Of a stretch of 64,000 nucleotides of DNA, positions 37,830-48,653 are shown in pieces. The notes under the pieces are model-generated. The model was not told the origin of the DNA and did not search any database. It saw only the letters and a program-made list of their open reading frames with translations. A program made the position numbers and the translations under genes. Each line of letters starts with the position of its first letter. Within the stretch, counting starts at the first letter, position 1. Origin of the DNA: Isurus oxyrinchus (lineage: Eukaryota); NCBI GenBank assembly GCA_026770705.1, contig JANJGN010000002.1, positions 41,664,001 to 41,728,000 of the forward strand, given 5' to 3'.

Positions 37830-38590
37830 AGATTTGCTTTCTTATAGCATTTTTCACGGCCACAGGACGTCCCCAAGCATTTTACAGCAACTAAGGGCAG
37901 AATTTCATGGCCCCATTGTGGCGGAGGGGGGGCCATAAAATGCAACCAGCCGTTCAAACGTCCATTGACTTCGGCGAGACCAGAAAGCCCACCGCTGGAG
38001 GGGCTGTAAAATTCCACCCTAAGCATTTTTGAGTTATAGTTACTGTTGTAATATGGGAAATGTGGCATTTATACCCAGCAAGCTCCCACAAACAGCAACA
38101 TGCTGATGACCAGAAAGTCTGTTTTTTATTATATCGATTGAGGCATGAATATTGGTCAGGAAATTGGGGAGAACTCCCTCAGCTCTTCTTCAAAGTCATG
38201 CCCCGAAATCTATTACATCCACGTGAGAGGGCAGACAGGGCCTCATTTTAACATTCCAATCGAAAGACAGTGGGCAGAGTTTAATGCCTCCCCTCTCCCC
38301 CCAGTGGTGAATTTGGAGGTGTGGGGGGGCAGTTAATCAATTGGGAGAGTGCTGGGTGGGGGCCCTGGCACATTCCTGTCCCCTCCTGATTCCAGGGCGG
38401 GAAGACAGCTGGATGGCCTTCTTGCCCGAACACTAATTGTGGCCCTCAAATGGGCAGTTAATGCCCACTTAAGGGTCTCATCCCACTGCTGCTGGCATTC
38501 AAAAAATGGCAGCTCAAACTGTGGAATATTCCTTCAATGCTGCACTGAAAAGCTGGTTGAAGTGGTTGTTTTGTGCTTGTATATAGGCTC
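37830..38590 (-). mobile_element. DeuSINE-like copy interrupted by two MITEs (37895-38019 and ~38272-38510)
   Basis: Deu-like segment GGAGAACTCCC..CTCTTCTTCAAA..CATCCAC.TGAGAGGGCAGACAGGGCCTC is collinear with 54200-54605. Confidence 0.6.
37895..38019. mobile_element. 125-bp Harbinger MITE
   Basis: TIR GGGCAGAATTT / AAATTCCACCC and the canonical PIF/Harbinger TSD TAA/TAA. Confidence 0.85.
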
Positions 38591-40126
38591 ATGAGAAATA
38601 AGTAATAGCAACAGCAACAACACTGAATGCTCAGTCTATATCTGAATGATGTGTATTAGAAGAATTTTCGTTGTAGTGATGATCACTTTTCATTATCTTT
38701 CGTTCGTTCTCAGTTACTCCATTAATCTGCTATGTAACATAAGCACTAACAATCTATGCTTTTACGGTATAAAAAATTTTCTGCTACCCTTTACTCAGGA
38801 GATTCTTGCTATTTACTGCTCCTCGTGTAATTTATGATTAAACATGATGAGGAGTGTCACTGGTGATATATCAGCATCTGGTATCCATATCTGTTTTCTA
38901 TGAAATGATTGTGACAGACTCAGAGGATCCATGTCTAGTCTGATCAGAGGAATTACCATATTGCATGTTTTTCACAGGTAGCTATGCCAACAATGTCAAA
39001 ATTTTAAAATATTTCTTTCACTTGTTGTCAGGGAAGAATGCACAAACGTGTTTTGCATGTTACGTGTCAGCTTCAAGGAGAGTCGGTGTGAAATGCTTGT
39101 ACTAGTAGTTTAGAGAAGAAATTTAAAAATGCAATCCCCATCCAGACCATCCTTGTGTCTCTGAAATCTACTTTGATCAACATCTTTGATTCATTCAGAA
39201 AGCACCTTTTTATTCCCCTTGAGGTCACATATTCTTCAGTGACTTCCTCCTTCATTGCTTTACATCACTGGCTAGAAGGACATTCAAGGGACATTCAGCC
39301 TCATGCCAAACTTTGCATGCTCCAAAGTTGCTGAAGAGAACTGCAAATGGAACTAAAAAGAAATGCTTTTGAATAAATGCTGCAAAATGAAGTTAACTAT
39401 ATTGTAATCTATCTAATAAATTGGCTTTCCCATGCTTTTGTTTCATTTTCTTAATAAACAGAAATGAATCTGTTAGTCTGAGCTAATGATCTGTCAGCAG
39501 ATCAGCAATGTATGTAGATATGCAGGACTCTTCCCGTCCAGAGACTAATGATAAAATGGTTCATTCTTCAGCTGAGAACCTAATATTCTAGATACTGAAG
39601 TCAGGTTTCAAATCACAGGAAGTTTGGCTATGGACTATGAATGCCAATAGCAAGGATTGGGTGAGTGTCTGAAGTAATAGTAAGGATGCAGGGGCCTTTA
39701 ATTCACACGTTTTGCTTTGTTGTTAGCAACTGGCCACATTCGCTAAGGCCAATTGTTGAGAACAGGAAACTGCAACAACTTGCACATGGATACTGACTGT
39801 TTAATCTGTTAAAGCACAAACAGCTGCCAGTCAAAAATCACTCTTTATTATCCAACAGGAAAATGTAAGAATGAAAAAATGCACAACACAAACACTTATT
39901 TTGTATGCTTTTTAAAGCCTGCACCCTTACTGCTTTGAAAGCACTTTTGCTGTTCCTTTGAGCTTTTAAAAAAATATATATTCTTGGCTGAATTATTCCA
40001 TTTAAACTCTTGTAAATTGGTACACTTTCAGCATTTGGAATATGCCAACTTGGAATTGAAGGCTTTTAAAAAATAGTTAATTTTCGAGTGGTAGCCACAG
40101 TTAGGCCAGGTGATCACTGAGGCGGA

Positions 40127-40222
40127 ATGAAGAGTCATATGGATTCGAAACGTTAACTATATTCCTCTCCGCAGATGCTGTCAGACCTGCTGAGTTTTTC
40201 CAGGTATTTTTGTTTTTGTTTT
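40127..40222 (+). mobile_element. Short Penelope terminal-repeat copy (second subfamily), hammerhead 5'-truncated
   Basis: ATGA-A-GAGTC(ATATG)GATTC-GAAA-CGTT-AACT...CAGATGCTGTCAGACCTGCTGAGTTTTTCCAGGTA. Confidence 0.75.
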
Positions 40223-42133
40223 GGAAAGAAATTATTTATGGTTTTGCTTTCTTTTTCAAACTGAGAAAATTTATAGGAATTCGGCACATGGCTGAGAGTC
40301 TTCATGTTTGTAGCCTGACAACACATTGAACCGGGGAAGTGACAATTAGATCTCTCCTTCATACTCAATTTGAATTACAGCATAATCGAAAATTGCTTCA
40401 CTTGAAAGGGAATGCACTCAAGGTGGAACCAGCTGAAATTGCTCAAAATCTGGTTCACATTTTTGGCCTACTGACAACAGCTGGCCAGCTCATTGACAAT
40501 ATCCCATATGTAGTTTAGGTGCCACATGACAGGGACATGGACGGACTCACCAGCACTATGAAAGTTCAGAAATGTGGCCAGACAGATTGTAAAATAGTTA
40601 CCCTTACTGTAACAAACAGCCCCCGCAGTGAGCCTAAAGACAGGACTATATCATTCACTAGAACTGGCTACTGACCTTTCCATAAACTTACATATAATGC
40701 TCCCCCCATTTACACTACATTATGTGCACTATATTATGAACACTGATCCATGCTTATATACACTATGCCAGCAAAGTAGAAATGCATGACTGAAATTAGT
40801 TACAAAATACAGAAACAAAGCAATTCAATGTTGCCTGTGATGCCTCACAATGGCAAAGAGCTTTTTAATATTAATTTCTTGGTGAGTTACTGGAAGGCTG
40901 CTGCTACCTGTGGAGCAACACCTCATATTAAGCCTTCAACTCCATGAGATGCAGATAAATAAAACTCCATGTTGCACTTTGGAAGCTCAGCGGTCACAAC
41001 GGGAACATACCTACGAGTTAGTTCTAAAAGAGTCTCCTTGTAGAATAGGGTCAGCAACTAAAACCACAGTGTTGAACTTTGGAATGTACACAAAGTTCAG
41101 TCAACAAACAGGCAGAAATCCTGGCTACTTGCTCCAGCCGCAAATACTACATGATTCCAGCTATTCATACAAAATAGGATATGTGTTGATATGGTTGGGT
41201 GAGCAGACTGAGTACTGAGCACTGAATAGAAATCTGGACTTGGGCATTTGCTCAGAACCTTTTACATTATGTTTATTGCTACAGCTGAAAAATGGTGGGT
41301 TTATTTGGAAATACAATTAATAAAACAGCAGTTAATATATTTTTTCACTTCACAAATCTTTCAGTCACTCAAGTTGTTTGAGATTCATAAAGACTGAACT
41401 ACCGTACGTGTATTTTCATCGGCGATTGACAGTTTAGTAATGTATTTTGACCTTCTAACTCTTTCATGATTTAGAACTTGAGAGAATCAGTTATGTGTAT
41501 TTGTCCAGTCAGGTCATTAATTTTATTTAACGAAGAAACGTCTCTTTTTTGTTGGATCATAAATAATGGACATTTCACTCAATGACTAAATTAAACTGAT
41601 GTACAGAACCACAAGGAACAAAGAAAGCTGAAACTCGTTGAGCTATCTGAAAGAAAGCGCTTTAGGGAACTTGGGCAGTGGAGCACCTGATGACGCGTAA
41701 GGCATACTGGGAGAAGAGAAAGGAGCAGTAAATATCTGCATAAAGCAATTCTATAAGAGTGGCTGACCTTCATGCTGCTTAAAACCATATCTGATTTTGT
41801 ACCAATTTAATACCAAAATTATTTTTGTTAATCTAAGGGACCAGGAAACTGATCCATTGACTTAGATACCCTAACCAATCAAAGGATTGGTTTGTCCATA
41901 AACATGGCACCCACTTTTCCCAACTGTATCACAGAGGTTTTATATCAACACTATAATGACAAAGGGCAGGGCATGTTTTTTACTTTAAAACAAACTATAG
42001 CAGTTATAAATCAAAGATGGAGACAATTATAAATGGGCTATGCTGAAATGATACAAACCTAAATTATCTAATTTACTGATAATTTTTGATCTCAGGTAAA
42101 CTGTGACTTGGTGCCACTCCCATGCTATAATAA

Positions 42134-43982
42134 GGTGGCATAGCAGTAATGTTACTGAGCTAATAATCTAGAGGCCCAGGCTAATGCTCTGGAGATATGG
42201 GTTTAAATCCCATGACTACTGGTGGAATTTAAATTTAATTAATTAATAATCTGAAATTAAAAGCTAGTCTCAGTAATGCTGACCATGAAACTATTGTACT
42301 GCCATAAAAAAAACCCATCAAGCTCACTAATGTCCTTTTGGCTGGGCTGTGACTCCAGACCCACACGGTGTGGTTGACCCTCAACTGTCGGCTGAACTGG
42401 CCGAGCGAGCCATTCAGTCATCTCAACCACTACAGAAAAGTCAAAAAGGAATAAAACTGCACAGTCTACCTGGTATCAACCTAATGGCCAGAAACAACAA
42501 CAGCATACCCTGAAAGGCCCTCCTCCTAATACCTGGGGATTTGTGCTAAATTGGGGAGAGCTTAGTCAAGCAACAGCCTGATATAGTCATACTCACTGAA
42601 CCAGACCTTGCAGTTAAGATCCCAGACTCCTCCATTGCCCTTGGATATGCAAATTAGAAACCTAAAACCTGTTAAGGGACACATTTCATAAATAAGTGAT
42701 CCCACAACCAACGGATCAGATCTAAGCTCTGCAGTTCTGCCACATCCAGTTGTGAATGGTGATGGACAATTAAACAACTCACTGGAGGAGGAAGCTTCAC
42801 ACATATCCCCATCCTCAATGAAGGGGGAGTCCAGCACATCAGTGCACAAGATAAAGCTGAAGCATTTGCAGCCATCTCCAGCCAGAAGTGCCGAGCGGAT
42901 GATCCATCTTGGTCTTCAGCCAATTTGATTCACTCCACACGATATCAAGAAATGGCTGAAGGCACTGGGTCAGCAAATGCTATGGGCCCTGACAACAATT
43001 CCAGCAATAGTACTGAAGACTTGTACACCAGAACAAGTCATGCCCCTAGCCAAGCAGTTCCAGTACAGCTACAACACTGGCATCTACCTGGCTATGTGGA
43101 AAATTGCTCAGGTATGTCCTGTACACAAAAAAAGCAAGACAAATCCAACCCGGCCAATTACCATTCCATAGGTCTACTCTTGCTCATCAGCAAACTGATG
43201 GAAGGTGTTGTTGACAGTGCTATCAAGCAGCACTTACTGCTTGGAGGTCAACCATCTCAGTCCTGGGACATCGATGCAAGAGCTCCTCAAGGCAGTGTCC
43301 TCGGCCCAACCATCTTCAGCTACTTCATCATTTACCTTCCTTCCATCATAAGGTCAGAAGTCAGAAGTTCTCTGCTGATTGCACAATATTCACCACCACC
43401 TCTTCAGATGCTGAAGCAGTCCGAGTCCATATGCAGCAAGACCTGAACAATATTCAGGCTTGGGCTGATAAGTGGCAAGTAACATACACACCTCACAAGT
43501 GCCAGGCAATTACTGTCTCCAGCAAGAGAGAATCTAACAATTTCCCCTTGATATTAAATATCATTACCATCATTGAGTCCCCCACTATCAATGTCCTGGG
43601 AGGTTACCATTGACCAGAAATTGAACTGGACCAGCTATATTAGTATTGTGGCTATGAGAACAGGTCAGAGGCTGGGAATTCTGTGGAGATTAACTCACCT
43701 CCTAATTCCCCATCATGTCCACCATCTACAAGGCACAAATCAGGAGTCTGATGGAATACCCTCTCCCCTTGCCTGGATGAGTGCAGCTCCAGCAACACTC
43801 AAGAAGCTCGGCACCAACCAGGACAAAGTAGCTTGACTGGCATCCCATCCAGCACCTTAAACATTCACTCCCTGCACACTGTCGCACAGTGGCTGCAGTG
43901 TGCACCATCTACAAGATGCATTGCAGCAACTCACCATGGCTCTTTTGACAGCGCCTTCCAAATCTGCAAACTCTACCAACTA
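42134..43982 (+). mobile_element. APE-RT LINE (clade uncertain) with a tRNA-like 5' head, internally deleted, interrupted by Penelope
   Basis: tRNA-like A and B boxes at ~42134-42211. APE start N.WG.V.KLGEL..VKQQPDIVILTE at ~42527. RT motifs AMGPDN, WKIAQVCPVHKK, NPANYHSIGLL, PQGSVLGPTIF, QQDLNNIQAWADKWQV. Confidence 0.85.
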
Positions 43983-44039
43983 AAGCAGAATTACCTGGAA
44001 AAACTCAGCAGGTCTGGCAGCATTGGCGGAGAAGAAAAG

Positions 44040-44078
44040 AGTTGACGTTTCGAGTCCTCATGACCCTTCAACAGAACT
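44040..44078 (-). ncRNA. Minimal hammerhead ribozyme motif in the Penelope 3' terminal repeat (core CUGUUGA)
   Basis: AGTT-CTGTTGA-A-GGGTC(ATGAG)GACTC-GAAA-CG-TC^AACT, on the ORF strand and downstream of the ORF. Confidence 0.65.
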
Positions 44079-44458
44079 GAGTGAATATTAGGAGAGGGGT
44101 GAAATATAAGCTGTTTTAAGGTGGGGGTGGTGGGGGGGGGAGAAGTGGGGGGGTGGGGGGTGGTGCAGTTGTAGGGACAAGCAAGCAGTGATAAGAGCAG
44201 GTAACCAAAAGATGTCACAGACAAAGGAACAAAGAGGTATGAAGGTAGTGATATTATCTAAATGAATGTGCTGATTAAGAATGGATGGCAGGGCACTCAA
44301 GGTACAGCTCTAGTGGGGGTGGGGTGGAAAGACTAGCAGGGCATACAAGATTTAAAAATAATGGAAATAGGTGGGAAAAGAAAAATCTATATAAATTATT
44401 GGAAACAACAAAAGGAAGGGGGAAGAAACAGAAAGGGGGTGGAGATGGAGGAGGGAGT

Positions 44459-45595
44459 TCAAGATCTAAAGTTGTTGAATTCAATATTCAGTCCGGAAGG
44501 CTGTAAAGTGCCTAGTCGGAAGATGAGGTGTTGTTCCTCCAGTTTGTGTTGAGCTTCACTGGAACAATACAGCAAGCCAAGGACAGACATGTGGGCAAGA
44601 GAGCAGGGTGGAATGTTAAAATGGCAAGCGACAGGGAGGTTTGGGTCTTTCTTGCGGACAGACCGCAGGTGTTCTGCAAAGCGGTCGCCCAGTTTACGTT
44701 TGGTCTCTCCAATGTAGAGGAGACCGCATTGGGAGCAACAAATGCAGTAGACTAAGTTGGGGGAAATACAAGTGAAATGCTGCTTCACTTGAAAGGAGTG
44801 TTTGGGCCCTTGGACGGTGAGGAGAGAGGAAGTGAAGGGGCAGGTGTTGCATCTTTTGTGTGGGCATCGGGAGGTGCCATAGGTAGGGGTTGAGGAGTAG
44901 GGAGTGATGGAGGAGTGGACCAGGGTGTCCTGCAGTGAACGATCCCTACGGAATGCCGCCGGGGGGGTGGGGGGGGGGTGAAGGGAAGATGTGTTTGGTG
45001 GTGGCATCATGCTGGAGTTGGTGGAAATGGCGGTGGATGATCCTTTGAATGTGGAGGCTGGTGGGGTGATAAATGAGGACAAGGGGACCCTATCATGTTT
45101 CTGGGAGGGAGGAGAAGGCGTGAGGGTGGATGCGTGGGAGATAGGCTGGACACGGTTGAGGGCCCTGTCAACGACCGTGGGTGGTAAACCTCGGTTAAGG
45201 AAGAAGGAGGACATGTCAGAGGAACTGTTTTTGAAGGTAGCATCATCAGAACAGATACGACAGAGGCGAAGGAACTGAGAGAATGGGACGGAGTCCTTAC
45301 AGGAAGGAGGGTGTGAGGAGCTGTAGTCGAGGTAGCTGTGGGAGTCGGTAGGCTTGTAATGGATATTGGTGGACAGTCTATCACCAGAGAATGAGACAGA
45401 GAGGTCAAGGAAGGGAAGGGAAGTGTCAGAGATGAACCATGTGAAAATGATGGAGGGGTGGAGATTGGAAGCAAAATTAATAAATTTTTCCAAGTCTCAA
45501 TGAAAGCATGAAGCAGCACCGAAGTAACCATCGATGTACCGGAGAAAGAGTTGTGGAAGGGGGCCGGAGTTGGACTGGAACAAGGAATGTTCTAC
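44459..45595 (-). CDS. Penelope-like RT (C-terminal part) plus GIY-YIG endonuclease, partial
   Basis: FLRYIDG (degenerate YIDD), then after a frame break a 344-aa open frame: LPFLDL, YKPTDSH.YL, SQFLRLCRICS, C..RCNTC, NLVYCICCSQCGLLYIGET, RFAEH, VACHFN, EQHLIFRLGTLQPSGLN. Confidence 0.92.
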
Positions 45596-45605
45596 ATATT
45601 CACTC

Positions 45606-45644
45606 AGTTCTGTTGAAGGGTCATGAGGACTCGAAATGTCAACT
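45606..45644 (+). ncRNA. Hammerhead motif in the inverted Penelope repeat (CUGUUGA; stem III CG>TG)
   Basis: AGTT-CTGTTGA-A-GGGTC(ATGAG)GACTC-GAAA-TG-TC-AACT. Confidence 0.5.
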
Positions 45645-45770
45645 CTTTTCTTCTCCGCCGATGCTGCCAGACCTGCTGAGTTTTTCCAGGTAATTCTGCT
45701 TTTGTTTTGGATTTCCAGCATCCGCAGTTTTTTGTTTTTAACTCTACCAACTAGTAGGACAAGGGCAGCA

Positions 45771-46075
45771 TTTTTTTTTCTTTATTCTTTCATGGGATGT
45801 GGGCGTCACTGGCAAGGCCCATCCCTAAGTGCCCTTGAACTGACCTTGCTAGGTCATTTGAGAGAGCAGTTAAGAGTCAACCATGTTGCTGTGGTTCTGG
45901 AGCCACATGTAGACCAGACCAGGTAAGGATGGCAGATTTCCTTCTCTAAAGGACATTAGGGAACCAGATGGTTTTTTTGCATCAATTCATGGTAGCTTCA
46001 TGGTCACCATTACTGAGACTAGGTTTAGTATTCCAGATTTATTAACTGAAATCAAATTCCATTAAATGCTGTGGC
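45771..46075 (-). mobile_element. tRNA-headed SINE family copy
   Basis: Reverse-complement match to 55440-55732, with the T-rich tail at 45771-45790. Confidence 0.75.
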
Positions 46076-46519
46076 GGACAGTTTCTGAACCTGCTCCAAT
46101 CAGGATTCTTCAATGATGCCAGCAGCTGCCAACCTAAGTTTTAGAAAACAATTTTTTTCGAGAATGCCTTCCCAAGGAGCCAAGAGGAGCAAACGTGTTC
46201 CGGAAAGGTTGTAATTTCCCCCTCCACCATTCCTTGTGGCTTGCTCCAAGTACCAACACTTACCCAAGGGCTGATACTGGACAAATTTGTTTCTCCCTTT
46301 GGGCTGAGCTACCTGTGGACAAGTGACCACTGCCGGCAGCTAGCCTGGAGTGTGCAGATGAAGTCCACAGACTAATTTCTACCAATCCATGACTTCTTGT
46401 TTCAAGCACATGCTGTTTCCAAGCACTGCAACTGACTCAGAAGCAGAAAAATGATTAAGTGGGCGGCCAATTCAATCCCGTCAGTTTCTCGCCAGCCGGC
46501 TTAAGTTGCAAGTACTCCC

Positions 46520-46770
46520 CTAGGTGGGTGTTGTAGCTTCTAGAAGCTTATCCATTATTGATGGTAGGCTGAGTGGACTATGGTTACCTGATTTGTCCCT
46601 TATGAACAGAGGTACTACATTGGTAACCCTCCAGTTCTCTGGCACTCCTTTCATGTCCAAGAATGTTTGAAAGATTGAGGTCAGTGTTTCTACTGGTGCC
46701 TCCTCGATTACCCTGCAGCATTTTAGGCTGCTTGTCATCAAGGTCCAGAATTTTTTCCACTTTTTCAAAT
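46520..46770 (-). mobile_element. CR1 LINE RT fragment
   Basis: LTSIFQTFLDMKGVPENWRVTNVVPLF..DKSGNHSPLSLPSIMDKLLE. Confidence 0.75.
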
Positions 46771-47251
46771 TTCTGTTGTTACTACTTACTTTTCTAAAAG
46801 CCTCCTATCTAATAGCTCTTCCTACTCTTCCTCTTGTACTCTATCATTCTCATAGCTACACTCTGTGCTGAGAAAGTGCTGTGGCCTTTGTTTTGTCCCA
46901 CTGAAATCGGCTTACTCAGCACAAACTAGAATCAAAATTGGAACTTTAAGTCTGTGTGGTTTAATGCCATAAGGACTATGTCTTTGCTCACTAGGGTACA
47001 GGAGATTTGTCACAGGCTGTGAACTGAGCCTTAGCTGAAAAGTTATCCAACAAGAGGACAGTACAGTTTTATTCCACAAAAGCAAAATATCCTTCAAGCT
47101 AGAAATCCAAAATGAATACATAAACTCACAGCAAGTCAAACAGCATCTCTGGTGAGAAAAACAGTGTTAATGGGCGGAATCTTCTCATCTAGTCACTGCT
47201 AGATTGATGGGACCATTTTCAGGAAAGGAACCTGACTCAGTGAATTTTCCC

Positions 47252-47292
47252 CTGTTCTGATGAAGAATCATACGGACTCGAAACGTTAACTG
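47252..47292 (+). ncRNA. Minimal hammerhead ribozyme motif with canonical CUGAUGA core (Penelope terminal-repeat copy ~47252-47357)
   Basis: GTT-CTGATGA-A-GAATC(ATACG)GACTC-GAAA-CG-TT^AAC, with one mismatch in stem II. Confidence 0.7.
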
Positions 47293-47986
47293 TGTTCCTC
47301 TCCGCAGATGCTGTCAGACCTGCTGAGTTTCTCCAGGTAATTTTATTTTTGTTTCAGGGCTGCTCAGCCCTGAACAAACTAAATGCCATCTCACCTCCAG
47401 GCTACCCCTGATTAATTAAGGATGGAGGACAGAATGATCCTGACAAAGGAAGGATGTCTAATGCAAGGGACCACACTATAGATTACAATAACTCGCCAGC
47501 ACTTGGACTTCTGAGGCTGCAGCAACCACAGATTGGGAAGGAAGACCTGGAACAGCAGTTCCCAGGGTCTCTCACTCATACCTGCAAGTCTAGTGTGGGA
47601 TCTGAAGGGTTGAAGTGAGGTGATATTTCCCAAGGATGGGAGGCGGAGGCCAAACTCACCAACCAACAGGTAGGAATGGAAGTGGCCGGGGAAGACGGCA
47701 GCAGAAATCTGGTCCCTCCAGCCTGGAGACAGTGCACCAAGAGGGTCCAGGACTTCAGGAATCCATGAAGTGTCAGCAGTATATCACTTTCAGCTGCAAC
47801 CCCCACAGTCCAACTTTCCCAGCATTCTCCTGCTCAGCACTCCTCAGCGTCAACACACCTTGCAGCTCCACTCATTCTCTCTCTCTTCAGGCACCTCCTC
47901 ACATCCTGATCTGAGCAGCCAACACTCACACTTACCCTCAGCCTATTGCTGTCTCACCCTCATGCCTCAATCACCCTCCACACGTG

Positions 47987-48653
47987 GGCCTCAATTTTAC
48001 CTTTGGCTGGTGGGCACAATTGGTGGGCCCGGGGATTCAGTCAGAAAACAGACCACCGACCGCGATAGGCACCCGATCGCAATTTCACGCTGGCTGGCCA
48101 TTAATTGAAATGCTTAGCGCTGTTAGAGTGGGGATGGGAAGAGGTCGGGCAATGACATTTCCACGGGCGGGGGTGAACACTGCGAGACAGCTCCCCAAAG
48201 GCAGACAACTTCCTCAGGGAGCTGCACCTGAAAATGCCCAAATAAAGGTTTTAAAAGCTGAAAAAAAAGTCCATGCATCACCTGAAAATATAGCTGATAA
48301 AAATGCTGCCCACAGATATTTATTTTACTTTTATTTTGTAATGGAAATTTCAACCCCCCCCACCCCTTGGATGAGGTTTAATTAAAAATGCAAAGGCCGC
48401 CTGGCCAACTTACTCGTCCTCCAACTGTAAGGTTGGACGGACCAAGAAAAATCAGAGTCAATTGCACTGTTAGGGGCTTAATTGCCGGCTTAATTGTCAG
48501 CGGGTGCACTTCCAGCTTTTGCGCATGCCCTCCGAGCGAAATATCACACAAGTGCGCGATAACACCGGGACACTTGCCCGACGTTGTCTTGCGCGATTTT
48601 ACATCCAATCGGGTCTGGCGCTTGCCCCCCAATGGGATGTAAAACTCTGCCCC
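47987..48653. mobile_element. Harbinger-type MITE
   Basis: Termini GGCCTCAATTTTAC / GTAAAACTCTGCCCC, flanks GTG/ATG. Homologous to 2516-3174. Confidence 0.8.

Larger units (their letters stand above)
43983..45739 (-). mobile_element. Penelope-like element, 5'-truncated with an inverted terminal repeat
   Basis: Perfect 14-bp TSD AACTCTACCAACTA (43969-43982 / 45740-45753). Inverted ends 43983-44088 and 45596 onward enclose an RT plus GIY-YIG ORF. Confidence 0.95.

Noticed and set aside
44120-44165. G-quadruplex-like G-run tracts (also the C-rich 48660-48735 and 53985-54030)
   Set aside because: Low-complexity tracts, mostly inside transposon UTRs or relics, with no evidence of function.
4435-47357. 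Recurring near-identical ~60-100 bp sequence resembling a CRISPR repeat or a multicopy small gene (KTELPGKTQQVWQHR ORFs)
   Set aside because: The copies are dispersed in both orientations with TSDs and no spacer periodicity. They are Penelope terminal repeats.
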